Positions 9,554-20,205 of a DNA stretch of 64,000 nt are shown here, one piece after another. The DNA comes from a virus. Position 1 is the first letter of the stretch; each line of letters starts with the position of its first letter. The stretch spans positions 29,005 through 93,004 of IMG/VR virus record IMGVR_UViG_3300010392_000664, one strand, 5' to 3'. A program made the translations under genes and the position numbers. The notes beneath the pieces are model-generated. The model did not search any database. It was given only the letters and a program-made list of their open reading frames with translations, and was not told the DNA's origin.

Positions 9554-10168
9554 CTAAAAGTAATCGTAGGTTTCACAGAATTCCAATTCTGCAGAAATGA
9601 CGGCTTCTTTTTGTCGCCTATTTGTGATATGTGGAGAACCTTTTCTGGCATTCTGTGGAGTAATTTTTCGAACTTGGCCATCACATGATACACGAGAATT
9701 CCTGAATGTATCGAAGATTTCAATAGCAGATTCAGGATAATCTTCAAGTCGAATAACAGTATTTGCTTTGTACGAATCAAACATCTCAGTGACTCTACCA
9801 GGGAACATCCTGAGATAATTGTTAATAAAAGCCTCAACCGAAGGTGACTTTCGGGCAATCCAACAAAACAGATCGACCCCTACAACGCCCACGGTGCCGC
9901 CACGGAGCGATAGGTAGTAGGAAACTAGCCAATCATACGGATGGCGGATTGTAGTCACCACGAACCCTTTGTGGCCATCAGGTGGTGGGTCATGCAAGTT
10001 CGTCTTCTTCTTATGCCCCAAACCTGCCTCGTAAGCTGCCTTGATAAACCACGTAGTTCCGGTTTTAGGGGCAGCAGCATACTGAAAATCAGTATAGGAT
10101 ATCATTTCCAACTTTCTCATAACAGTCACAGAACCGATGTTGCCATTGTAACTCAACCGCCGGTTCAT
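9554..10168 (-). CDS. PAPS-dependent sulfotransferase
   Basis: 5'-PSB loop PKTGTTW, 3'-PB motif IRHPYDWLVSYY, IRLEDY; true start probably near MISYTDF. Confidence 0.78.
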   Translation of the reverse strand: MNRRLSYNGNIGSVTVMRKLEMISYTDFQYAAAPKTGTTWFIKAAYEAGLGHKKKTNLHDPPPDGHKGFVVTTIRHPYDWLVSYYLSLRGGTVGVVGVDLFCWIARKSPSVEAFINNYLRMFPGRVTEMFDSYKANTVIRLEDYPESAIEIFDTFRNSRVSCDGQVRKITPQNARKGSPHITNRRQKEAVISAELEFCETYDYF

Positions 10169-10790
10169 GTTTTTCTAAAAACATCTCCAAACCATCAACA
10201 ACGTGATGTTTCTTTCTCCCTCGATTCCGGACGTCATCAAAGACCATCCATCCGCCGACTTTGAGAAGTTCAAATGACAACAGGGCATCTTCAAGCACTG
10301 CTGTATCTTCATGATCCCCGTCAATGACAATCAGATCAATTGAATTTTTTGTGAACGGCACATCTTTTACAGCAGCACCTTTTCTGACAAGTTGAGTAAG
10401 GGTATCACTGCTATAACCCCTGACAATTTCAAGCTGATCTCTCCAAGGGGCTAAATTATGAATAGCTCGTGAATGCACTCCATCCATATGATCCTGATCT
10501 AGTTTTCTCGTTGCCGCCCAGGGATCTACCGCAAAAACTCGACTGTCGGGATGTTCCAAGAAGTTTTGCAGGCACCAAATCAAATCCATGCCTTCAAAGA
10601 CACCAATTTGGATCATCTTGATTGGTTCATCCGATGAAAACTTCTTCGGCAGGAAAGTACTCCACGTCACTTGATTTCGTTGCCGAAACCATCGTTTCGT
10701 AAATTTGAAATCGTGAACATCCATATCAATAGGAATGCTTTGTTCATCATCTCGTTTTGCGAAGGCTTGCTTTTTAGAAATTCTAGGCAT
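10089..10790 (-). CDS. Methyltransf_24-type O-methyltransferase
   Basis: IQIGVFEG, VDPW, IDLIVIDGDH, GGWMVFDD. Confidence 0.85.
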   Translation of the reverse strand: MPRISKKQAFAKRDDEQSIPIDMDVHDFKFTKRWFRQRNQVTWSTFLPKKFSSDEPIKMIQIGVFEGMDLIWCLQNFLEHPDSRVFAVDPWAATRKLDQDHMDGVHSRAIHNLAPWRDQLEIVRGYSSDTLTQLVRKGAAVKDVPFTKNSIDLIVIDGDHEDTAVLEDALLSFELLKVGGWMVFDDVRNRGRKKHHVVDGLEMFLEKHEPAVELQWQHRFCDCYEKVGNDILY

Positions 10791-11742
10791 TGACTTCCTC
10801 CTGATACAAGGGGCACTTTTTGGTATGTGTAGTAATCAAACCATCACAATAAAAACACGTATCATCAGACAGATTTTTTACCCTATCCATGTACCTGTTG
10901 AGATACTTATAATCAATTTGAGGCAACCAATCATTAATTTTGCCGACGTTGTTCTCCAGCACTTCCTTAAAAATCGGCTCCCATAGCCATACACCTTTCG
11001 GTGTTTTATTCCATCGAAGATTTGAATCACCATGAAAATGCCATACTTTTACATCATCATCATTCAAATAAGGCGGTTGGAATTTTGGTGAACAATTAAA
11101 CGCCCCGCCCAAGTGCACGTGCATATCATTAGGTGAAAAAATAGATGGTAGAAGATGAAGAACAGTTTCATCCGCAATGAAAATATCCTGAACTTTATAA
11201 GTCAAGGAAAACCATTTTTCCAACACCGGAGAGTTGGGACAAGCAGAAAAAATCCCGCCGTTAAGTGATGGGAACTTATTGGCGGGATTCAAAACCCGGC
11301 GAACATGAGACTGATCAATCCCATCTCTTCCTTCGAGGCGAGAGATTCGTTTATTGACAATTCTGCCAACAGCTACCCAGTCATTGAATTGAGTAGCAGA
11401 AAAACTAATGCCGTTGTTCAGTACATCGAATAGCTGTTCGATGTCGCCCTGCACCACGGTGTCGGCGTCCAGGTATAAAACACGATCGGCCTCAACTTCC
11501 TGCATTAACCGAATCTTATCCATGAATTGACGATTACGCCTATTGTAATTCGGCTTTTCTCTTTCATGAGCAGTGATTCTTAATTGCCTGTGCGAAGCTA
11601 TTTCCTGAACAAGAGGGTAACTTTCCGGCCACGCATAAACTTCAACAGGACCATCCCATACTTTTCTAAGGGAATGGATGCTGGCGACAAGGTAAGGGAG
11701 GTGGCCTTCACCGCTCATCAGATACACTACTTTATGATTCAT
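10783..11742 (-). CDS. GT8-like glycosyltransferase
   Basis: KIRLM...RVLYLDADTVVQGDIEQLF, LNGGIF, DETVLH, VWHFHG. Confidence 0.82.
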   Translation of the reverse strand: MNHKVVYLMSGEGHLPYLVASIHSLRKVWDGPVEVYAWPESYPLVQEIASHRQLRITAHEREKPNYNRRNRQFMDKIRLMQEVEADRVLYLDADTVVQGDIEQLFDVLNNGISFSATQFNDWVAVGRIVNKRISRLEGRDGIDQSHVRRVLNPANKFPSLNGGIFSACPNSPVLEKWFSLTYKVQDIFIADETVLHLLPSIFSPNDMHVHLGGAFNCSPKFQPPYLNDDDVKVWHFHGDSNLRWNKTPKGVWLWEPIFKEVLENNVGKINDWLPQIDYKYLNRYMDRVKNLSDDTCFYCDGLITTHTKKCPLYQEEVNA

Positions 11743-12062
11743 TACTCTCCTTCGAAATCTTTGCAGTCACCCAAAATCATTACATTGGCACCTTTTAAAC
11801 CAGCATACTTGATTGCCATTCCTAAAAGCATATATTCATCATCGTCATATGCCGCAGCGAAGGCATCTTGATGCAGGGCCACAAATTTAGCTTCTCCCTC
11901 GGCTACAAGACGGACAGATTCCACAAATTCAGGGAGGTACTTATGCACTGTATCCCATAGAATTGCCTTTCTTGTATTAAATTCTTTTTTAGACACCTTT
12001 GGTCCCGACACCCCAGGTGTCAATTTTTTAGCTTTTGAAAAATCTTGTTGTTTTTGAATCAT
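11742..12062 (-). CDS. hypothetical protein
   Basis: Translationally coupled ORF within the glycosylation cluster. Confidence 0.6.
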   Translation of the reverse strand: MIQKQQDFSKAKKLTPGVSGPKVSKKEFNTRKAILWDTVHKYLPEFVESVRLVAEGEAKFVALHQDAFAAAYDDDEYMLLGMAIKYAGLKGANVMILGDCKDFEGE

Positions 12063-12862
12063 TAACCGACCTTTTTATTATGAGCCCATCTTGCATACGA
12101 ATCTGGACAAGAACAGTAACGGGGATCGAAATGATCCTCGTCTACATAAATGGCATCGAATTGACCGATAACAGAACGATGAGTATGAGTCCAAACCTGA
12201 TAAAATCCCAGTTTAACTAATTCAAGATGAACTTCATATGGTGATGCCCAACCACCCTTGTTGCGAGGTTTCCCGGTCATCTCTACATTGATGACTTTGA
12301 CGTGATTCTTGATAAACTTTTTGCCACCACGAATAACCAATGCTTCACTGCCTTCACAGTCAAGCCATAAAAGACATTCCTCATTTTCAAATGACATCAT
12401 ATGGTGACTAAAAAAATCATCTAAAGTCGTAGTAAGTACCGACACCGGACGAGTTTTATTTTGATCCCCGTCATTTTTCTTTTTGTAGAATGAAGACCCA
12501 TCTTTCCAACTACGGCTCACATAAAGAATCTCTGAACCAATCTGATCGGATAAAGCCTTATCAGTTAAGTAACCGGGGAACTTATCCTTAATGGATTTAC
12601 AAATCTCCGGCGAAGGTTCGAATCCGTACAACTCAAAACCTTCGAAGTTTTCTCGCATGACTTCCGTTTCATGATGCCGCATACCGACACCGCCCATTAC
12701 AATCAAATCAGGATTAAATTCAAGCAGTTTGCAGTACTCCACTACTGCGTTTCCTGATCGACGATGAACCTTACTTCGATGTGGTTTTTTAATTAAATCC
12801 TTCAAGAGACTTCTCCACTTCCTTACGAACTGAACTTGTTGAAGAACAATGTTTCCAGCCAA
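12062..12862 (-). CDS. FkbM-family methyltransferase
   Basis: YGFEPSP, KALSD, GSSF, TTTLDDF, LWLDCEGSE..VIRGG. Confidence 0.85.
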   Translation of the reverse strand: MAGNIVLQQVQFVRKWRSLLKDLIKKPHRSKVHRRSGNAVVEYCKLLEFNPDLIVMGGVGMRHHETEVMRENFEGFELYGFEPSPEICKSIKDKFPGYLTDKALSDQIGSEILYVSRSWKDGSSFYKKKNDGDQNKTRPVSVLTTTLDDFFSHHMMSFENEECLLWLDCEGSEALVIRGGKKFIKNHVKVINVEMTGKPRNKGGWASPYEVHLELVKLGFYQVWTHTHRSVIGQFDAIYVDEDHFDPRYCSCPDSYARWAHNKKVG

Positions 12863-13601
12863 GATTTTTCATGTTGGTGCAAATCACCGAATGCCCCATC
12901 CGCTTTGCCATATACCAATGATACCCATCTTGCGACCGAACCGGCAGCATTCCTTTGTCGCATGTAGCTATGGCATGAGCTGCACATACCTTAGTGAATT
13001 CAGTATTAAAAAACGCACACCATGAAATGATTCTTTTATGCCGCAACCGACTCCACCCATCCTTCGGTTTTAAATTCAAAGGAGGACTCACTTCATCATC
13101 AAAAACGGAATGTTCTTCAGCCCATCTATCCAATTGAATCATTTGATCCGCTGGTTTAGTAAATCCCCAGGGATGTGAAATGATAGCTGGGTTACCTTCA
13201 AACCATTCCTGATCCACCCAACCCCCATCATGTCTTGTGGCTACTGTATCAAGATCTAATTTAAGCCAATATCGGGTATTCACATACCATGCTGGGACAT
13301 AAACAAAGCCCGCAAGCATTTTATACCTTTGCGGACAAGTCCACTTATTCGAAGGATCACCTGGGTACACAACACCCACTTCTGACCAAGGGACAAGTGA
13401 TATTTTTGTAGTATAAAAGCTCAAATGAGAATCAAGCACATCCCAAACTTCATGATGGGTCACCTGTTCTCTGTCATAAAAAATTACAAATTTATGCTTA
13501 AAAAGATCTGGTTTATGTTTCTTCCAAGTAGGCAGAACGAGATTAAGCTGAGCTAAGTGTTTTCTGTCAACACCCAAAACCACGGTATAGTCATCATACA
13601 T
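12789..13601 (-). CDS. putative GT-A glycosyltransferase
   Basis: TRYWLKLDLD (DxD) motif, SQDGYHW, position among glycosylation genes. Confidence 0.6.
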   Translation of the reverse strand: MYDDYTVVLGVDRKHLAQLNLVLPTWKKHKPDLFKHKFVIFYDREQVTHHEVWDVLDSHLSFYTTKISLVPWSEVGVVYPGDPSNKWTCPQRYKMLAGFVYVPAWYVNTRYWLKLDLDTVATRHDGGWVDQEWFEGNPAIISHPWGFTKPADQMIQLDRWAEEHSVFDDEVSPPLNLKPKDGWSRLRHKRIISWCAFFNTEFTKVCAAHAIATCDKGMLPVRSQDGYHWYMAKRMGHSVICTNMKNLGWKHCSSTSSVRKEVEKSLEGFN

Positions 13602-14776
13602 TAAAAGAAACCCCCCTTTGCGGCTTGGGTTGTTTTATCAGGTCTTTTTGATCGTACCACCCCACGTTGCAGACGAGTCTTTATAATCTCGCAATACTCT
13701 TCCTGCAATTCGACACCAACTGCCCTACGCCCAAGTAATCTAGCAGCAACCAAAGTAGTTCCAGATCCGCTAAATGGATCCAAAACAACACCATCTTTTG
13801 GGGTTACAAGTTTAATGAGATACCTCATTAATTCCAATGGCTTGACAGTAGGGTGATTGTTTGCAGCACCCTTTTCCAGGGCATCGGCTTTTGGGCAATA
13901 AAAGAACCGAGCAACCGATCCATTTGCATCCGTCGGAAAGATATCAATAACTTCATCACTTCCGTCGTGCATAAGATTCGCTGGGAATCTCCCAGGAGTC
14001 AAATCAGCAAGCACAACATCACAAGCATTAAATACTTTTTTAGATGTGCGAGGGCCGACCCATTGCTTTCTGGCGTCAGTCAACTTGTCCTGATCCTCTG
14101 CAGGAATTCTGCATTCCCGAAGATTCAACCCGCCAGTTCCATGCTTCAAAACATTTTGAGCTACGGTTCCTTCAAATGACTTGCGTGCCATTGTAATCGG
14201 TTCCATGCAAGGTTTGATGGCAGTTCCCCAGCCATCCCATATTTTTGCCTCTTCAGTAGCGGGTGCCGATACCGGGACAAGGCCAGTTTCGGGGTCAGGT
14301 GCGTTTTCTGGCCTTGCGGTAAAACTACCTACCGTCACCCGTCCGTTCGCGTCCTTGCGACCAGCGTGCAACCCTGCCGCCTTATGGCCGATCACTTCGC
14401 GAGTAGCCCCAGCTTCAATATCAATTCTTTTGCCGATGTCGGTAGATTTCGGGAAACCTTCCCCATAAATCCATGCCAGCATGTCCCTGATCTGAAACCC
14501 GGCATCTTCGATGTTGATGGCCATTCTGTGCTGGGTGCGAGTTCCGGCAAATGCTAATACATGGCCTCCAGGTTTCAGTACACGGAGACATTCCTCCCAT
14601 ACTGCTTTTACTGGAACATCGTAGTCCCATTTTTTTGCCATAAAATTGATTCCGTAAGGAGGATCTGTGACGACAGAATGGATACTGTCGTCAGGAATCT
14701 CTTTCATCATTTCTAAGCAATCCCCATTCAAAAGGGTGATGCCAAGATTCTCATCCTCATAATACGGTTCTTTCAT
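13601..14776 (-). CDS. beta-class N6A/N4C DNA methyltransferase
   Basis: GDCLE, VVTDPPYG, HPTVKPLELM, VLDPFSGSGTT; start probably MKEPYY. Confidence 0.93.
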   Translation of the reverse strand: MKEPYYEDENLGITLLNGDCLEMMKEIPDDSIHSVVTDPPYGINFMAKKWDYDVPVKAVWEECLRVLKPGGHVLAFAGTRTQHRMAINIEDAGFQIRDMLAWIYGEGFPKSTDIGKRIDIEAGATREVIGHKAAGLHAGRKDANGRVTVGSFTARPENAPDPETGLVPVSAPATEEAKIWDGWGTAIKPCMEPITMARKSFEGTVAQNVLKHGTGGLNLRECRIPAEDQDKLTDARKQWVGPRTSKKVFNACDVVLADLTPGRFPANLMHDGSDEVIDIFPTDANGSVARFFYCPKADALEKGAANNHPTVKPLELMRYLIKLVTPKDGVVLDPFSGSGTTLVAARLLGRRAVGVELQEEYCEIIKTRLQRGVVRSKRPDKTTQAAKGGFF

Positions 14777-15843
14777 TTTTTCCTTCTTCTGTTCTTTTTC
14801 TTTTTCTCTTTGAAATACCACCCATCACAATCAAACGGCTCTTTCGGAAAGAACTGCAGGGCATCCTCAACTGCTAAATCAAATGGAGCATAATCAAATG
14901 CAGCTAAATGTGAATTCTGATTACAGTTAAATATTTCTAATCCGAACTTAGAAAATATTCCTTTTTGCTGCATTTCGCATAACCATTGATTGACGATCTT
15001 ATATTGATTATTGTTTGACCGAACTGCTCCTTCATCCCGGACTTCTCGGAAGGCATAATTGTCATGAAGATCCCGTCGTGGATCCATATACATATCCACT
15101 CCGACAAGATAAATTCTTCTTGCTCCCAGATAGTATAGTACTCTGATGGCAAGTAATAACGTACAAACCGTCTTCATTCCTCCAGTTTTTTTCACACCGG
15201 CATCCAGGTTTCCCCAAGCAGCATGATCATCTAAGAAAAATGATTCATCAGGAATCAACCACGATCGTCTACCGAATCCCCAGACATTTGGGCAATGGCA
15301 AGCAGACACCTTGTTTCCATTGATGAATAATTGCTGAAAACTACCATCTTCTTTTTTCCGCAGCCCACCCCTGTTCACCCGCATTTTCGGTGTAGGAACA
15401 AACTTCATAACTCTAGGATCTTGCCAAATCCCATTATGAAATTTACTGGGAGGATCCGCACAGATGAAAGCGGAAGCCCGATAATACGCCGCCATATTAT
15501 TTACGGCTAAAGAAAAGATGCCCCGTTGCTCGATTTTAGAAAGATCAAGCTGACGTGCGGAAGGACCACCTGCTACGAGAAAAGCAGTTCCATTAGCAAG
15601 CAAATTCCGCAAAGCATGAGTTTTTACTCCACACCAATCCTGAATAACAAGATCATCCTGAAATCGTTTATCAAAACATTTTGCATCTAATGTGAGTCTT
15701 TCACAACAGTCTTCGCATGAAGCATAAGGAAAATTCAATCCTGTTTTTGTGCAGACCTCATGTATAGCACATTTATAGGTTTGTCTTCCATCATCGGTTT
15801 TCTTATCGGGCAAAGCCTCTTTTAGATACACGCACTTGGGCAT
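14773..15843 (-). CDS. Maf/DUF115 (sialyltransferase-like) protein with N-terminal Cys-rich domain
   Basis: AFLVAGGPSA, LAVNN, ICADPP, AIRVLYYLGARRIYLVGVDM, IFNCN; Cys cluster in the first ~55 aa. Confidence 0.72.
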   Translation of the reverse strand: MPKCVYLKEALPDKKTDDGRQTYKCAIHEVCTKTGLNFPYASCEDCCERLTLDAKCFDKRFQDDLVIQDWCGVKTHALRNLLANGTAFLVAGGPSARQLDLSKIEQRGIFSLAVNNMAAYYRASAFICADPPSKFHNGIWQDPRVMKFVPTPKMRVNRGGLRKKEDGSFQQLFINGNKVSACHCPNVWGFGRRSWLIPDESFFLDDHAAWGNLDAGVKKTGGMKTVCTLLLAIRVLYYLGARRIYLVGVDMYMDPRRDLHDNYAFREVRDEGAVRSNNNQYKIVNQWLCEMQQKGIFSKFGLEIFNCNQNSHLAAFDYAPFDLAVEDALQFFPKEPFDCDGWYFKEKKKKNRRRKK

Positions 15844-16147
15844 TTGAACGGCTCACTGTGTTGATTTGCCATGCCCTTCCGTTTGCTATCCTGACACCAT
15901 GACCACAACTTTTACATTTTGTCCCACTTTTATGCACCAGAACTTCTAATTCTGATCCGCAATAGGGACAAGCACCATACCGAGATAAGGTGACGTAAAT
16001 TGGTCCAGCAAATAGGATACAACTTGCAATCCACACCGGAGGGCAGATGAAGCCCAGGATAACAGAGAATATCCCTAATGGCCAGCCGAAAATAAAACAA
16101 GCCATAATAAAAAGACAACCCGGTGATTTGATTTCTGCACCATTCAT
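15803..16147 (-). CDS. membrane protein with C-terminal Zn ribbon
   Basis: Two hydrophobic segments, then CPYC...CKSC. Confidence 0.65.
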   Translation of the reverse strand: MNGAEIKSPGCLFIMACFIFGWPLGIFSVILGFICPPVWIASCILFAGPIYVTLSRYGACPYCGSELEVLVHKSGTKCKSCGHGVRIANGRAWQINTVSRSNAQVRVSKRGFAR

Positions 16148-16201
16148 AATTTTACCTCCAGCACAGTATACACAATCTTTCTGAGTTTTTGATGAAAATT
16201 T

Positions 16202-18331
16202 TCAAGAACTTGAAGAACTCGAGCTTTGCCCAGAACTTGAATCACTGCTGTCTTCTTCCTCACATCGACTATCAACTAACGTATGCCCCAAAAACACAGA
16301 CCCCTCTCCGTCCTCAGCTATCGCATAAGGGTTAGCTATTCCGACTTGCTTGTTTTCCCAAACTAAATCCCCATTTGAATCCAATTGCACTAAAGATCCA
16401 TACTCTGGATTTTCAGTATTTGATGTGAAATAATACCTTTCCAAATCTTCAGAAATATGAACAGCGGGATAGTTTGTGTTACCGGTGGTTCTTTCTAATA
16501 ACTTATCAGGAGATTTTGCCCACACCATTTCTCCTTTTGTTATTGTCAATCTACTCACTTCATAAAGTTCATCACCTGAATATTCAAATATTCTTTTTCC
16601 CCATCTATAAAAAGATCCATTTCCTGAAAAGGTCATTGCCACCGTTGAGGCAGAACCACCTAATGGACTAACTCTAAAAATCCCAAACAAGTACTCAACG
16701 CCATCTATTTCTACAATTTCTGATCTTCCATAAGCCCAATCAATAACATTATCATTTATAACCGAAGTGCTCCCAAACAGTACTATTCCTCCACCTCCCC
16801 CATAAATGGTTCTTTGCAAATTACCATCTGTATCATAAACCACTATTGCAGGAAATTCGGAAGAATCCCGTTCAGTTGATAGCCATATATTCCCATCATG
16901 AATAGTCATTGTTCTTCCAGATGGAACAGCTAGAGGCCAATTTCCAGCGGTCACCTCCTGCAACCCTAAAGTGAATTTCAAAATATATCTTTGTAATGCA
17001 ACCTGCCCCATAGTATAAATGAATGATCCGTCAGTAACCATACTTGTAGGACTAATGCCCATACTCCACGGACCAGCCTGAAGTGTTGGTGTAGCGGCAT
17101 GATTCGTTCTGTCAACTTTGTAAAATCTAAAGGGAAATGGTGTATTAAAGGCATAGTAATAGTTTCCTATAAAAACACCTGCACCTAATCTTAAATTGAA
17201 GTATGAAGTTAAAGAACCCCCCGAATCAAAAAACGTCATCCCAGCTCTGTTGAATAAACCACCAACAACACCATCTTCATCGCAAGCATAAGGAGCTTCT
17301 ACACCAAATCCAGTTGTAGCCGAAGCATCCGTAGTCCAATCAGGCGTAGCAGAATCAGTGAAATGATTCATACCATTACTATTAGCAGCATAAAATCCAC
17401 CATTAGGATCCCCTAATCCATTCATAAATCCAAATCCACCAGATTCAACATCTCTAAAATCTTCCGAAATTGAAATTTGTCTTAATGTGATTTCATTATC
17501 TGGTAATTGAACATTATATGGACTTGATTCAGATATTCGCTCTTCGCCAATTAAAATATAATCACCATTCACATCGTAAGATTGAGCATTTTGATTAACA
17601 AAACCTAAAATGATTCCTGTTTCTGGATCTGCTATTGCCGGTCCTAGTCCTCCAGCATTCAAAAATAAGTTATTGTCAGTATTAAATGATAGTTGAGGCT
17701 GAGCTGTGCCAACAAATGAGCGAAAGGTGCGTGACAGGTAAACTAGATTTCCATCAAAATCCAACTTTGCTATTCTAGAGTAATCTAAAGATACATAAAT
17801 GAATTGATTATCTTTATCAACAGCAAATCCTATTGTTGCCGCCCGTCCAAAAAAAGTTCCATCAGCATGCAGTATCTCAACAGGCCAATTAGCTTGAACT
17901 AATTCAATTCCATTTTTATCTAAAAGATGAATATCAGCATGCTCATCAAAAACTCCAAATGTATGAGATGAGACTGACTGAGTATTTCCAAGAGGGGCAT
18001 GCTCATCATACCCGTTCACCTGATACCATTTTACATCTCCAAGCACACGACCGACCTTGATAGCCGCTCCAATAGGAGTATCAAAATCAGATGCTGATGA
18101 CGCTGATGATTCGCTATCTTCATCAGCTAATTCTCGAATTGTTGATTGAGAATAAATGAACCCGTCTATTTTCAAAGTCCGAGGAAGACCTACACGAGTT
18201 TGGCCGAAGAACTTACCATTTGCTATATTGATATTTGATAAATCAACCAAATCCTCACATGGAAATGGTTGATGAAAAAAAGCCCACGGCGGTCGGCAGC
18301 ATGGGCATAATCCAGAATAAATAGATGTCAT
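16202..18331 (-). CDS. tail tip/receptor-binding protein, beta-propeller-like, Ser-rich C-terminus
   Basis: Third gene after the tape measure; repeated xDxDGNL/VW propeller-type turns; N-terminal CPCC; ends SSDSSSGQSSSSSSS. Confidence 0.55.
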   Translation of the reverse strand: MTSIYSGLCPCCRPPWAFFHQPFPCEDLVDLSNINIANGKFFGQTRVGLPRTLKIDGFIYSQSTIRELADEDSESSASSASDFDTPIGAAIKVGRVLGDVKWYQVNGYDEHAPLGNTQSVSSHTFGVFDEHADIHLLDKNGIELVQANWPVEILHADGTFFGRAATIGFAVDKDNQFIYVSLDYSRIAKLDFDGNLVYLSRTFRSFVGTAQPQLSFNTDNNLFLNAGGLGPAIADPETGIILGFVNQNAQSYDVNGDYILIGEERISESSPYNVQLPDNEITLRQISISEDFRDVESGGFGFMNGLGDPNGGFYAANSNGMNHFTDSATPDWTTDASATTGFGVEAPYACDEDGVVGGLFNRAGMTFFDSGGSLTSYFNLRLGAGVFIGNYYYAFNTPFPFRFYKVDRTNHAATPTLQAGPWSMGISPTSMVTDGSFIYTMGQVALQRYILKFTLGLQEVTAGNWPLAVPSGRTMTIHDGNIWLSTERDSSEFPAIVVYDTDGNLQRTIYGGGGGIVLFGSTSVINDNVIDWAYGRSEIVEIDGVEYLFGIFRVSPLGGSASTVAMTFSGNGSFYRWGKRIFEYSGDELYEVSRLTITKGEMVWAKSPDKLLERTTGNTNYPAVHISEDLERYYFTSNTENPEYGSLVQLDSNGDLVWENKQVGIANPYAIAEDGEGSVFLGHTLVDSRCEEEDSSDSSSGQSSSSSSS

Positions 18332-19230
18332 CCCTCTACTACTCCAAGTTGAGATAAGGCAGCAATAACACCCATTCCACTACCCCCTTCCAGATCACTC
18401 CAATCTGCCCCAGGTATCGGTTGTGGGCGATTACCACAATCGTTTATGAATTCAACTCTGATCGTTGCATTTGGTAACGGACCCATAGTGACTTTGATAT
18501 TAGAATCATTTGACGTGCCGTCAAAAGGATTATCACTTGCTGAACTTTCAGAACTAACTTCATCGTCATCATCTACAGGATTATTAATTACTGCAAGATG
18601 GGTGAGAAGAATATTTTTGAATTCAGTAGCTGTTGCATCATATGGAAATGTCAGAGTTTGTGTGTGATCATAAAATTGAGTGTTAATTCTCCATATTAAA
18701 TCAAACTCACCATCAGTAGGTTTCCCTAACAGGGTAATATCAATGATGGCGTTTTGCGGATCACAAAGACCACCAGCTCCTGTCAGGATCGGTATGAACG
18801 CCCCACGTTGAGAATCCCAATAAGCTGTGAGTACATCACCAACTTGAAGTGTTGTGGCGTTGACTGATCCGGCGTCTAAATCATGTGGCTCAGCTTCATC
18901 ATCGGTATACCATTCTCGTGCAGCATGATCATAGTACCGAAACCGACATTCGAACAACACCTCGTCATCTAAAATACTAGATTCAGACGACCGGGATGAG
19001 CTTAGTGACTCAGAAGAATTAGATGAACTACTTTCTAATTCAGATCCTTCAGCAGTTATAACAACTACACGTTGAATATGGGGAGGAAGGGGACTGGAAG
19101 ACCCATCTCGAGTGATTGCATATGGAGAACCACCTCTGCTGGCTATAGGCCGCACAACAGAATTTATGTCATTGACATGCTCATGACTTAAAAAGTCACC
19201 TGCTCTTTTATCGGGAAAGATTTCTCTCAT
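18328..19230 (-). CDS. minor tail protein with internal Ser-rich tracts
   Basis: Position; ESSSSNSSESLSSSRSSESS. Confidence 0.55.
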   Translation of the reverse strand: MREIFPDKRAGDFLSHEHVNDINSVVRPIASRGGSPYAITRDGSSSPLPPHIQRVVVITAEGSELESSSSNSSESLSSSRSSESSILDDEVLFECRFRYYDHAAREWYTDDEAEPHDLDAGSVNATTLQVGDVLTAYWDSQRGAFIPILTGAGGLCDPQNAIIDITLLGKPTDGEFDLIWRINTQFYDHTQTLTFPYDATATEFKNILLTHLAVINNPVDDDDEVSSESSASDNPFDGTSNDSNIKVTMGPLPNATIRVEFINDCGNRPQPIPGADWSDLEGGSGMGVIAALSQLGVVEG

Positions 19231-19233
19231 TGT

Positions 19234-20205
19234 TTATATTCTAAACAGAACATTAAAATCTACTGTTTCATGTATTTCATTCTTCCCGTCAATTTTTACT
19301 CTAACCCACCCGGTTTTGGGATCCCAAATACTATTATGACCGTGTACCCTGCCCTTCCAAAACACCCGCTTTTCCAAAAACTTCATGTCAACAGTAACGG
19401 GCGGTGTTTTAGTAATTCCAGCTTGCCATGTTTTCTGTTCCGAGTATGACCACCCTACAAATAAAATCGTTTCCGGACCAGCACCAAAAAGCCAATCTAG
19501 GGGACTTCTGTTAATTTTCCCCATAGCAGCTCGCAACCGACCTATGATTTTATCGGTAAATAAATCGTAAGGTACACTTCTCCACTTCACTGACCATTGC
19601 ACCATTGGCACCATGACAACTACCGGGAGAAGGGGATCTCTTAAAGGAGAGTCATTTTCATTAGTATCATCTTTTGATTGATCTTCTACAAGATGTTCTT
19701 CTTGGGGTTCATCAGCAGGAGGAGGTGGTATTTCCTCTTCCGTTTTTACTCCATTGGGCATAGGGGCATGAAGAAAGTCACCAGTAGCGGAGGCGTTAAC
19801 CTCTAAAAACGCATCGGGATCTTCATCTTCCTGGATTTCAGTGTCGTAATGAATTGTGCATTCAACGATACCAAAATAAGTGTTAGCTGGTGCTCCAGAA
19901 TCAAACCCCCAAGGATCAATAGGGTAATCTGAATCTAATGATCGGAAACTTATCTTTCGTGCTCCCAAAGCCGGGAGTCCGATGAGCTGTTTCGTAGTGG
20001 GGTAAGATGTTTGCCCGAATTCAATAGGGGCAGGGAGCATAAACGATAAAAAATCAGGAAGACGATTAGCGGGAATCAACACCCTTTGAGATAGGTTTCC
20101 TCTTTCCCTTTCAAATTCACCTTCAACGCCCGCCGCTAACTTGTACGGAATGCCGTTGTCGGTCCTTAATCTCCATTGTGTGGGATCTTCCGCATTACCA
20201 GCCAT
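19234..20205 (-). CDS. minor tail protein (distal-tail/hub position)
   Basis: Immediately follows the tape measure gene. Confidence 0.5.
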   Translation of the reverse strand: MAGNAEDPTQWRLRTDNGIPYKLAAGVEGEFERERGNLSQRVLIPANRLPDFLSFMLPAPIEFGQTSYPTTKQLIGLPALGARKISFRSLDSDYPIDPWGFDSGAPANTYFGIVECTIHYDTEIQEDEDPDAFLEVNASATGDFLHAPMPNGVKTEEEIPPPPADEPQEEHLVEDQSKDDTNENDSPLRDPLLPVVVMVPMVQWSVKWRSVPYDLFTDKIIGRLRAAMGKINRSPLDWLFGAGPETILFVGWSYSEQKTWQAGITKTPPVTVDMKFLEKRVFWKGRVHGHNSIWDPKTGWVRVKIDGKNEIHETVDFNVLFRI

